A stretch of DNA of 32,658 nt from Bigelowiella natans CCMP2755 (lineage: Eukaryota; Protista; Cercozoa). Positions 11,685 through 23,844 of this stretch are shown piece after piece. Position 1 is the stretch's first letter; the number at the start of each line of letters is the position of its first letter. The DNA lies in the NCBI GenBank assembly GCA_000320545.1, contig ADNK01000613.1:1-32658 (forward strand), read 5' to 3'. A model generated the notes under the pieces. That model ran no database searches. It was not told the DNA's origin and saw only the letters and a list, made by a program, of their open reading frames with translations. A program made the position numbers and the translations under genes.

Positions 11685-14339
11685 CTCCCCCTCCTCTCGT
11701 CGCACACACACACACACACACGCACGCACGCACACACAGGTAAACGTCTACTCCGTTGGTCCTCTGGTGATAACGAACCCCACAATATCTACGGTCTGGG
11801 CCCAAAACGCTACGGCCACGGTGACGTGGAACGTGGCGGGGACGCAAGCCATCACCCCCTTCCTCTCCATAGAGCTCTCGGTGGATGACGGACTCAATTT
11901 TCCCTTTGTCATTGCAGCCAACGTCAGCAATGCGGGATCCGCTGTTGTCAACATCCCATGTGTGGGGAACGGAAGGTTCATCGAAGCCCGATTGATGGTC
12001 AAGTCCAAGGAAGCTGCAGGCGCCAACTACTGGTTGCTTTGTCTGTCGTTGTCGTGCTGCCGTGTCGAAAAATGAGAAAAGGAGGGTGGGGGGGTGGGGG
12101 ACGGGGGATGGAAACGAGGTGGGCTGATGCGATTCTATACATAGATGGATTATGGTATTTGTACAATGCCCAAATGAATGCTTATGGAACGGCAATCCAA
12201 CTCATGATCAGGTACGCGCTCTCTCCCAAGTTCCGACTCGGAGCCAATGGGGACTGCATCCCAGCTCAAACGCCGCCGCCTACCCCTCTCCCACCCTACA
12301 CCGGACAAACGCCAGTACCCACGCCAAGTCCCATATTCACGCCCACTTCCGCTCCCACGCGCGCCCCCACCCCCAAGACTGTGATTAAAGTCGAATTTAC
12401 CGCGCGGTTTGCAAACGTGCGCTATTCCTCCATTCATTCGAGCAACGCCGCAAATGCCGAATTCACAGCAAGCTGGAGGAAGGCTGTAACGGCAGCCTCC
12501 TCGGCCAGCTCCATCGACGAAGTTAGACTGAGGTAAGGGAGAAAGAGAGAAAGGAGAGGTTATGTGCGTCGTATGCGATGTTCTCTTGTCAATCAATGCT
12601 GATGGTGCTATCTTTCTCGTGAAGTAGCACATCTCCGCTACTAAATAACTATTACTACTCCTTCTTAAAACTGACAACAACAACAACTACTACTACTACT
12701 ACTACTACTACTACGATGACGACGACATTTGCCACCAGATACATCGAGCGGCTGCAATCCGGAAATGACCTCGGCATTCTGGTGGATGGCCATGTCGACT
12801 TCGATGCCGCAACGGAAGCAAATAAGGCTCCTCAGTTTGTGAGCAAGCTGAATGCGGGTGGCGGACAGGTGTTCAGCACCGCCAACGGCTTCGATACGAG
12901 TCAATATGGCGTGCCAACCATTTCGAACATCACCCAAGAATCACTGGACGCGCCTGGCAACCTGTGCGCAGCTGACAAAACATGCCACTTCATCGTTTGG
13001 GAAGCGTGGAACAGCGGCGAGTCAGCAATTGCAGTCTACGCTCAGGTGCTCTCCGTCTTCTTCATCGAACCATAATATACATTATATTACATGATTTTCG
13101 TCACCACGATCACAAGCATCATCACTGCAGCACTCCTCGCCCCTCAATCACCATGCATCATCATCCCCACAATCACCATTTGTAATTGGTTTTGTCGTCG
13201 CCCTCGTCCTCGTCCTCGTCCAGGTCGGAGACCAGATCATATTCTTTTGGAACGGGGATGAGAGCATCTACAGTGTGCAGACGCAGGCGGAATATGACAG
13301 CTGTGATTTCTCAAACGCGACCAAACTTTCAACACAGACAGACGAGAAAAGAAGCATGTACGGGCACCATATCAACGAGGATGTCTTGGGCAAGACGATA
13401 TACTTCGTCAGCGGAACATCGGCACAAGATCACATCTCCGCGACACTTTGCTCTCGTGGCCTCAAGGCAGCCGTACATGTGAGATTTGCACGACCAAAGA
13501 TCACGCTGACGAATTGACGATGATGATGATGATGATGATGATGGTCATGATGAGATTCCAAACCAAGGGTTTCGATGATGGCGAACACACGTACAAACAC
13601 AAGCATACAGTGAAAGAGAGAGATAGAGAGAGAAGAGAGAAGAAGGAGGGAAGAAAAACAAGAGCATCAATACTAAAAGCATTCATTCCGTTTGCATCTT
13701 GAGTAGGTTGAGGACAACCGACGATCGCGCACAACGTCGCTGCTAGACGACGAGAACTTGGCATTATTTCTCCTAGGGGCTTTTGCTGTCGGGGCGGTGC
13801 TTTTTGCGATCTACTGGAATTTCTGCCGCAATGCTTCTAAGGCAAAAATGGCAGAGTTCGACGAACATGAGCGCGGCGATGTCGCCTCCGTGCGCGACCT
13901 ACACAAGTTGGAAGCTGAAAACAGAACGAATGTCAACAAGTTCAACCCTACCAGAGGGTCATTCGCAAGATCCCCCCGGAACTCTTCACAACAACAGTCA
14001 CCGCTTGTGAGCCAGCAGAAACCCACGTTCGGAAAAGCTCAACGCCGCCAGACTCTGGACGAAAAAATGGCAGAGGAGTTGCGAAAGAGCGCTATATTGG
14101 AGGCGAACCAAGAGATGGAGGAGGAGGAGGAGGAAGAGGAGGGGGGGGGGGGGGGGGGCGCTTTTATGCCGAAGTTACAGAGGATTTCTACGCTTCCACC
14201 TGGCTGGACAGCCCATCACGACGGCGAAAATATTTATTACTATAACGAGAGAAGTGGGAAAAGTCAGTGGCACTTCCCAACTGCAACAGACAAAAAGTTT
14301 CTAGCTCGTCAACCCTCCGCTGTACACGTTTCCCTTTAG
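9024..14339 (+). CDS. ~1202-aa type I membrane zinc metalloprotease (reprolysin-like M12B metzincin) with Pro/Thr stalk, SEA-like module, phytocyanin/ENODL-like domain, transmembrane helix and cytosolic WW domain; 11 exons
   Basis: Exons: 9024-9246, 9306-9373, 9484-10418, 10569-10661, 10784-11055, 11286-11494, 11740-12032, 12212-12532, 12739-13045, 13224-13478, 13707-14339, total 3609 nt and in phase. Motifs: hydrophobic signal IFFFSILACSFKLVVTS; prodomain ISLPLNDGSFVRF..MHPDLARKF; zinc motif HEIGHQFGARH; Met-turn EPGSGSTIMSYAGIC; TM LALFLLGAFAVGAVLFAIYW; WW LPPGWTAHHDGENIYYYNERSGKSQWHFP. Confidence 0.88.
11081..11130. repeat. Compound (TG)n(AG)n intronic microsatellite
   Basis: Directly visible in intron 5 of the metalloprotease gene. 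(CT)n and (CA)n runs lie at 11646-11738 in intron 6. Confidence 0.95.
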
Positions 14340-15328
14340 AATGATTTCAAAATTGCTATGCTGCAAGTAAGCGCAAATAACAGAGACTCTACTTTTTTGT
14401 ACCACCGCGGAATTCCAAATTCTATGTGTGCACATCTGGAAGATGCAAATCGAACTTGAAACGCGTGAGCTATTCATAGCGCTCCGAGCAAGAAAATGCA
14501 TTAAGACTACCTTCTATACCATACAAGTCTATCAATAGAATGGTGGCAATAAGAAGAAGAAATGAAGCGAATGAGCAATCAATGCAAGTGCATGTTTGTG
14601 TGTTTGTCATTGGTGCGCTTGTTTTTCTTTCCTACTTGATCCTCTCTCCTACTCACTCTCTCTCTCTCTCCCTCTCTCTCCCTCTTCTCTCTTTTTTCTT
14701 TCAAAGTGTGCTTGTATGCACACACACACACACACACGTGTGTTTGCCATCATCAAATCTCATTGCGAATGTGTTGGTGCTGTGATCGTTCGCCGAAGGC
14801 TAGCCACACGTACGTGAAATGCATGTGAAGCCTTGGACAGGCACATGCCAGCCATTGCTTGCCATTGTGATCACTTGTTTGCGTGCTTTGCTGCTCGCAC
14901 ACCTCATGCTATGTTGCAGCTAGTGAATGACATCGATCTAGGTAGCCATCATCTGTCTCTTTACCGATCCCATCTACTATACAACATTGAATGACGAAAC
15001 TGCAATTTGCATCTCTATACATTCGTAGTGTCAATCATCAACAGCTCCATGTACATTTGCACAGTAGCTGCATGGCATTGGGATGACAAGTGAAAAAGTG
15101 TAATTATTTCATTACATAATTTGCGTACATCGATCGTCGCACGCGGCCGCTATAATATTCTGATATTCAAAGAGCTACGTCTACTACACTCGCATCGCTG
15201 CTGAACAATGCGCAAGAAGGCGACAGAATACATATACGCATGTACTTCATTCCAGCCACTACACTCTTGAATGCACACATTTATGCGTGGTCAGGTTGTT
15301 GCATTCGAACATCAGCCGACAATACACA

Positions 15329-16267
15329 TTATTCATCCCCAATAGCGATATGCTGGAGAACAGAGTTTGAGGGCGCGGACTCCTCGCTGAGACAGTCACT
15401 ACACATGTAGCCCTGATGATAATGTAAGCGGATTATTATGTGTGTTTGTTGCGCTATCATGTATCGTTCATCATTCAAAAGCAAACCGCATGCACCTTGG
15501 CTGCTGTGTAGCCAACGCTCGACCATGCAATAGCACACTAACGAGCTGCACTCTTAAATTATTTACCCGGATATCATCGAGCGTCAGCGTCGCACTTGCG
15601 CCAAGTTTGGTGACCATTGCGCTCCCAACCGCGCAACCCATTTGCAGCGCCTTCCTGACATCCCCGCTCCGACTCCATTCGAACAGATATCCACCTGTGA
15701 ACGCGTCTCCTGCGCCTGGGTAAAAGCCGATAAAGAGTCTGCTCATCAAATGCTTCTTGCTGGTTTTTGGTGATATATGGCCAGCAATCTCCGTTTTTAT
15801 CTTTTTCGGAAGAAACGCGAGTCCGATATCAAATAGTATATTGATAATAGGAATAATAATAGTAATAATAATAGTAGTAGCGTTGATGCCTACCGGCGCT
15901 GCGGCTACTACCTGTTGTATCGAGGACCTCACTAACATTTTTTGCCTTGTGCCAATACCATCGCACCACGGGGCTGTTCTTCTTCTTCTTACTGTCCTCC
16001 TCAGAGCTATGGTACTCACGAATGGAAGCCACCGCACCTTTCGCGCCTATGGTGACCTATCGTTTTGCGAAGATTGATTATGGTGGGCTGATGATGATAT
16101 TTTTTTATATTCGTCACGGGAGGAATGACCGAATCGCGCGGTTGTGTGTATAAATATGGATTTCTTTTATTTATTTCTTAATTAGCAACTAGTTAGCGGT
16201 GCAGACGATGGCCATTTTGAGGCCCTGAGAGTGAAATTTCTCCAACGCATCCCCTAGCTTCGCTTGC

Positions 16268-16332
<65 letters not shown>

Positions 16333-16400
16333 ACGTGTTTACGTGCAGACAGAATAAGGATAACCCTGATGAAGAGAGTATCAGCAATAAGGCGAGACAG

Positions 16401-16439
<39 letters not shown>

Positions 16440-17109
16440 TACACACGCAACCTCGTAAGCTGGAAAGCTTCGTCCTCATTCATAATAAGATAATCGAGGT
16501 CATTGTAAAGATCGGCCAAGCCCCTCCATTCCTCCGATGCATCCCACTATTCCGACGCAGTACATGCCCATCATTCGTATCATTATCATAACAAACAGCA
16601 CAATAATGTCGTAGCCACCATTTCTCACTGCATACAACCCGCGTCGCTCTCGCTCTCTCTCTCTCTCTCTCTCCCTCTCTCTCTCTCTTCTCTACATCGT
16701 CGCTCCCCTCTCCCGCAGCCACCGCCGCCTCCTCTCTCCATCTTCCACCCACCCATACGTACTATGCGGTACCAACCAACCTGCGGGTTGCAGGAAACCG
16801 TGATGTTCTTCTTCTTCAACGCCGGCACGATCGAGCTTAGAGCGCTCCACATCTTCGGGAAATTGTAGTACCCAGCTATATGCACATGCGAAACCTAGGA
16901 GAAGAAGGAGGAGGAGGGGGAGGAAGAGGAGAGGGGGGAGGAATGGGATGATGGTGATACGGAAAAGAGGATGTATGTAGTAGAGCCCCCACCAGAACGG
17001 CTATAGACAAACAGACAGTATACTCGGAGAATTACTGCGCTTTATCAGTGTGTGGGGCGAGAGGTCATAACGGCAGTGGTGAGAGAAGAAGGCTGAGCTA
17101 AATCGTGGT

Positions 17110-17141
<32 letters not shown>

Positions 17142-18073
17142 ACTTGAAAATAGCGATGTTTGCCGTCGAGGATCTCTGCTATATGCACGCGAGAGCATCC
17201 ATACAGCGCAGGCACACGCACATGCACGCACGCGCACACTCACACACAAACAAACAAACACACACACACACATTCACACACGGATGGTTGTTACTCTTTG
17301 CAGCTGATCGATATCAAGGTCGTCCCCGTTGAATGCTGCCATCGCGCCTCTATACCTGAGGATAATTAGAAAATTAACGACGGTGAAGAAAAAGAAGAAG
17401 AGATCACACAATCACACAAAACTGCTTCGATGATCTTTTCTTTCTTTCCGCTGTCGTCATGAAACATAAAATTTCACATACTTTCTCCACATTCTTCGTG
17501 TGATCATTATTTGACATTGTTTTCACCGCTGCAACCACATCTACAACACCTGCCACTTACGTGATGAATGCGCGGTCCATTTTACCCTCCTCCCCCCCGG
17601 AGAAACACACACAGATACCCGTGCTTACGCGGCGAGCCGCCTCCTAAAGTGAGTATGTGAATATATATTTTAAAAAATGATTGTGTGTGTGTATGCATGT
17701 GTGTAATTCGAGAATTCATTTAAAGGAGTAACTGGACGCGTATCTAAAATGGATTGTGAAGGTGTATATCCACGTGTGACAGCCGATAAATGGATCAAGC
17801 TTCATCAAGTGTCCGTAGCTACTGCACAGGAAGAATATGATTCTGTCATTCCGCACCATTCCTCGATTGCTACCGCTGCTCTCACCTCAGTGTAAATAAG
17901 GCTGACTCTTGTGCCATGAACTCTGTTTCTGACTACGTCGCCGAATTTATCATAACCAATCAGCGAGTGGAGCTCCACGCTTCCGGATCCGCATGCCTGC
18001 TGCAGTCCTCCCAATATTAGGGCTGATGATGTTTTGGGCACTTCAGTGAACACATACGTATCTGCGTGCGCGC

Positions 18074-18109
<36 letters not shown>

Positions 18110-18647
18110 AGGTATGTATAAAGTAATACGTGCGCATATAAACATGTATCATGATGTGGTATGTGGCAGAAATTTTACCACTATTACTAGCTACCACCTG
18201 AGTTGAGTCCCCCCCCTCCGGGCATAAGTTTGATCGGTGATTGAGTAAGCTCATCCATTCCCCAATCCGGAAACTTCTTGATCCCGCCTAGCCAATAATT
18301 TCGTGTGAAAATGACAAAGCTCTGATGCTGTGCTTCTACGACATCATTATGCATTCAATGCTACATCAATTAAAGAAATGAACGGATAATCCTCACAACC
18401 TACAACGACGTCCATAAAAATATCTCCAATGATTCCTATACGCGGCTCGCCCTTTGTGACATCTGCTGTCTTCTTTTCCTCCTTGGAGATCCTATGATAA
18501 AGTGTTGCTTATTAGCACGCTCGTGTGAGGCAGAAACAAACAATTTGGAAACCTTGAGCTTCGTTTTTTATGCTGCTGGCGATAAAATCTCAATGTGAAC
18601 GTCGCTCCCACAAGGATACTTCCCAAAGCAACGACGACCTTCACCAT
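15329..18647 (-). CDS. PfkB/ribokinase-family carbohydrate kinase, ~401 aa, 12 exons, with an N-terminal hydrophobic anchor
   Basis: Exons (-): 18647-18553, 18491-18400, 18287-18198, 18022-17886, 17643-17561, 17355-17295, 16894-16781, 16546-16452, 16267-16207, 16056-15912, 15715-15567, 15412-15329. PfkB motifs: IIGDIFMDV, PGGGGLNSA, IGYDKFG, MNEDEA, VTIGAKGA, DTTGAGDAFTGG. The last exon is less certain, since read-through to a stop at 15471 is also possible. Confidence 0.88.
16270..16437. repeat. (CA)n(TA)n ... (CA)n intronic microsatellites
   Basis: These runs fill most of intron 8 of the PfkB gene and reach the acceptor AG directly. Confidence 0.95.
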
Positions 18648-19783
18648 TTTCGCCCGCCAGCTGATTCTCTGAACGCAGTAGTAGCAAAGACACAATATCT
18701 GTTTGTCGCTCTCACTCAACATCGTTTCAGACGATGCAATGAATCTCTTTGAGAGTCATCTCCTCTTTACATCCTTTACCTTTCCTCCTGCGAGGTCCCT
18801 CTTGGAGCTAAGCCTGGCCGAGGGAGGGATAGGCCGGAAGAAGGGGTGGGAACTCCTAGAACCTGTGCAAAACACAGAACATTTTCGAGCTGAGACACAG
18901 TTTCTCATTGTCGCAGGACCAAAATTATTGAAAATCTTGGTACTAATTGGTGTTTGCGAAGTGGGAGGTTCTCTCCTGGATCTAGTTTAATTTGTCGGCT
19001 TTGGTCTTCTGCGAGTACCACTCATCAAGCACCTGCTGCTGCTGTTTATCGTCGTTGCTAAATAAGAGCACGTATTCACTGCAGTTTTTACAGTTCGGCA
19101 TGAATCAATGTTTGTCGTAGATTGAAAAGGCACTCTCTCCGGCCGTCAGAAGGGGTTTGCGTAGGTTCCTCGATCTTCATCTGATGATCGAGTTGACCGC
19201 TGCTTTGCATTGCTTGCTATGTGCGGGAATGGAGAGGATTTTGGCCGGTCACCACCGCAGAATTCCAGAAGATTTCGAGTGCTATAGCAAATCTCTGCGC
19301 AAATAAATTCCCATATTATCTCCTAACGACGGGCCGCAAATGGCGGCCTTCCGGTGTTTTTCAACTGCATTTCTGCATGTTCGACGTTGCTTCATACGCC
19401 GAGCAATGACTGAATTTTGCAAGTGCTCAGGGTAGAAAAGGGACGTGGCGCTCCTTCTGCAGGATCAGCTTTCGAACAAAGCAGCGCTGCGGTACAACTT
19501 CAGCCTCCCTCCTCCCCGATAGAGTGGTAGGTAGCTGAGATTCTCAACGTAGCAGTTCGACATTCCTGGGCCCAGGTAGAAGGAAGCCCACGCTAACTCA
19601 GAATTCTTGGAGCTTGAGAGGACAAATTGACGAATTACTCGTGACATGTGTTCCATGATTTAGCTCTCGGTGCAAGTCTAATTTGTCTGCATGTTCGGAG
19701 GAAAAGGTGTCTGCAATCGCAATTCATGCAGTGATTTCTTCGATTTATTTACCTCGTTCAGCGAGGAACGCAGTTCCGAGATC

Positions 19784-20319
19784 ATGGCGGAAGGATCCGA
19801 GACGACCCTCTCGTGGAATTTACTTAATGGAATCATTCTTACCGAAGAACAGAAAACGCTCCTCAAAAGATTTAAGGAGATTCTGGTAAAAGCATGTAAC
19901 CGCCCCGTACCCTACGATGAGCTTGGATAAAAAAATGTGATTTAACCTCTCTTGTTACACCTGTTACTTGATGTGGACAGGCGATTCCATCAGAGCCACC
20001 GTTTGATGGCGTGCAGGATGACATCACGCTGTACCGATTCCTAAGCGGGAAAAAGTGGGTTATAGCCGAGGCGCAGAGACAATACAAGGTAGTAGTAGTA
20101 GTAGTAGACAGGAACGACCTCTGCCCAATTTGGGAAAGGTTGACGTTAATGAATTTACCATGAAGGAAAGCACTTTGGTGATTCTGCTATTATGTTGTTA
20201 TTGGTGATGGCAGCACATGTTGCAGTGGAGGCAGGAGACTAACATACCAGAGGTCTATAAGTGGGTCGAGGACAACAAAGAGAAAGTACCCTGCTTTATT
20301 AACTTTATGTATATGTGTA

Positions 20320-20357
<38 letters not shown>

Positions 20358-20904
20358 GTATGTGTGTGTGTGTGTGTGTGTGTGCAAAGTGGGGGAGTGT
20401 AGTACCTCATATCGTGTCAATACTACCCTTGGTGTGCATCGGCCTAACACTTATTACAAACTGTCAACCTTCTATCTCCAACGTTGTCGTATGGTGGGCT
20501 TTACTTGTCATCATCAGTGCGATCTCATCAAAACGCTTTACCCCGTTCAAGTCCATGGGTAGGCAGCACAAATTAGAAGTAGAAAGGCAGCGACGACGAC
20601 GACAATGATAATGATGATGATGGTGATGGTGAAGGTGCCGAACATAATGCTATCACGGTGATCGATCAGATTCGACAAGATGGACAGACCAATCGTTTAC
20701 GATGGACTAGGAATGCTGCCTGCTGGAAGGGTAAGCATGCGCGCAGTAGTAGTAGGAGGAGTAGTAATGATGGTAATATTAATTTGTGTTGAGAATTAGC
20801 AGCATAGAAAAGATGAGTCTGATGCTGCATGCTACTTTATTTGTGCGAGGCATTGAATATGTTCTTCCTGTATCAAGTGTATTGGGAACCCTCCCCCCAA
20901 CACA

Positions 20905-20942
<38 letters not shown>

Positions 20943-23807
20943 ATTTAATGTACTGTGTAGTTCGCAAAGCTTGTATCTGTGGAGGATTTCCGCAAGGTTG
21001 GTGACCGTGCTTCAGGAGACAAAGCTAGTCAGCAGTAACGACATAGCTATAGTCCGCTTCCATCTTCTCTTCTCCTCCTCTTCTGGGCGATTAAATCATG
21101 ATGATGCCAAATCGGGGTTGACGCCGCGCGCAGTTGTTCATACATATGCTTAAGCGTGGCACTGTACCTTGTTCAGTACCACATCCACTTCATGGAAGAG
21201 CTCGGGAAGACGATGAGGGCGCAGACTAAAAAGATAGGCCGCGCCGTGTTCCAGCTAACAGCCATAGGTATGTCTTTCTGTGCTCGTTGTGCTCATATTG
21301 GGAGCTACCTACACTGTGAGAAAGGTCCGAGAGTAGGAAGGAGTATCCCGCCCAGTTATATGCAAAGACTCACCTCTACTTCGTCCCCCACCCCCTTCTC
21401 TCTCTCCCTCTGTCTCTTTCTCTCTTTTTCTCTTTTTCTCACCCTCTCTCTTTTTCTCTCTTATGCGTGTGTGTATGTGTGTGTGTGTGTGTGTGTGTAT
21501 GCTTTTATTGCTATCAGTGGATATGGGCGGCATGAACGCAAGTAAGAGAAAGCTGTAACAACAAGAGAAGAGACATGATGATTGTATGGTTTTGCTGCTA
21601 GATCTCATTCAGAAGAAAAATATTCGCCCCCCCCCCCCTTTTTTGGAGCTGCGCTACCTGTTTCCACGTTCAATCTACGTGCTAATTAGGGGATTCCTTT
21701 CTGTATCATTGCACAATGCATTCTCGCAAACACACAATATATCGATATATAATACAATACTGTGTGGCTATATGATGTCGTCGTCATCCTTATCGCCGTC
21801 GCTCCTCTCCTCGCATATCGTTATCTCAGGCCATCGCCACTTCATCCAGTACTTCAAAGCCATCTCCAAAATCGATCAAGAGTAATAATTGCCCGAGAAG
21901 ACTCAGTAGCAGTTGGCTGTGCTACTGCGCTCCTTTTATCAACCTCATTCTGTTGTAATCCGTTATTACTACTACTACTACTAGTAGTGCTATTACTTCT
22001 GCTACAACACGGAGCTTTTCTTGCAAAACATGCTATGTTTACTGTCTTCATCCTTCATTTTTCAGGTGCTACCCAGAGTATATTCACAAAGTGTGCGGAT
22101 GCAATGCGCCTTGGGTATTCCCAGGCCTCTTCAAGTTCGTGAAGGGATGGATAGACCCCACAACAAGGTAATTGTTGTGTTTTTAATGGTGGTCATGATG
22201 ATGATGATGATGATCATCATCATCATCATATCGTCATCGTCGCCGTAGTAGTAGTAAGTAGTACCTCGAAATGATCAAATGATAGTGATGTTGCTGTTTT
22301 TGTTGTTGTTGATGACGATTACAATGTTTGTGGTTATCATTACATCTTCTGTATCTTTTTGCTCTCCCATTGTTCATCCCCCTTCCTCCCCTTTCCTCCC
22401 TCTCTCTCTCAGAGAGAAGATCGACGTGTTCTCTACGGGATATGAGGAAACTCTCCTGGAACTTGTGGACGAGAAAGTACTCAATTACAGGTAGAAATAT
22501 TTACATCGTCATCGGCATCGTACTCATCACACTGTCGAGACCACATTGGCAGTTTATAGCGGTAGTAGCCGTTAATTCTGGCAAGTGACATGATGCACTG
22601 ATCATCAGATTCGGGGGGAAAGACCAAGCTGAGGTGTTGAAGGTGCCAGCCTGCATTCTTGCAGCCCCGGAAGATGAGCTCATGGAGGCTCAGGTTGTGC
22701 AGTAATGTATTGCAATGTACTGCTAAAAACCTCATCAATGGTGTTTGTGTCATAGAATCTGCAGCTGCCTCGAACAACTCATTGCATCAGCAGCAGCAGC
22801 AACAACACTTGCCTCCTCCTCCTCCTCCTCCTCCTCCTCCTCCTCCTCCTTATCGTCATTATCGTTGTTGTCATCAACCATGTTTTCTCTCTCTTCTTCA
22901 GATACAGCCGGGGTCAAAATTCGAGATCCAGCTTCATTGCAATGACAGAAGAGGTAAGTCAGAGAGCAAGGAGTAGTGATGAGTGATCGCTTCCAAGTGC
23001 TCCTCCTCCTCCTCCTCCTCCTCCTCCTCCTCCTTCTCTCCCGCTACTATTTTCGTTCGTTGCTATCACCATTCATCGATTATAATGATTTGAAATCTCC
23101 TCCTCCTCATATGCTTTAACCCCCCCACCCCCTCCTTCTTATGCTTCATGGATCGAAAATAGGAGGGTCCTACCGATGGTGTTTCTCCTGTCTTAAGGAG
23201 GAGGAGGAGGAGGAGGAGGGGGAGGAGAAGGCCCAGGACGTCAAATTGCAAATCGAGTGGAAGAAGAGCACTAGTACAGACAACAAGCCTACAGTCGTAG
23301 TCCATGGTAGTATTTCTTCTACTACTCTTTAAACACACACACACACACATGAGTGCATGTCAACGACGTCATCCGGCGTAGTCGAATGCAGCATTGCACA
23401 CACTCACACTCACACTTACACTCACACTCTCCACACGCGCAACAATAACACTACTGCTCTCTCGTTCAGGACGTCGTATAAAAACAATGACGGAAAAGGG
23501 AACGTTCGATGTCAAGGTAATAGCGGCAGCAGCAATAGTAGTAGTTGTAGTATTATATTTAGTAGTAGTAGCAGTAGTGGTAGTAGTAGTAGTAGAAATG
23601 GTAGCCATATGGGCGGATATGGGATTCGTTATTAAAGCAGATGTATTGTATTTACCTTGTTACTCTACTGTCAAATGGTGCACGAAGTTGTGTCGTATTG
23701 TTCACATGCATCTTTTATCTTCTTTTTCTTCATACACAACAGGCAAAAGGTGTGCTGAGGTTTATTCTCGACAACCCTTGCACTGTCGTCAAAACGGTCA
23801 CTTTGCG

Positions 23808-23844
<37 letters not shown>

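Noticed and set aside
19525-19590. GTTCGA T-loop-like motif suggesting a tRNA
   Set aside because: No acceptor, D or anticodon stems could be paired around it.
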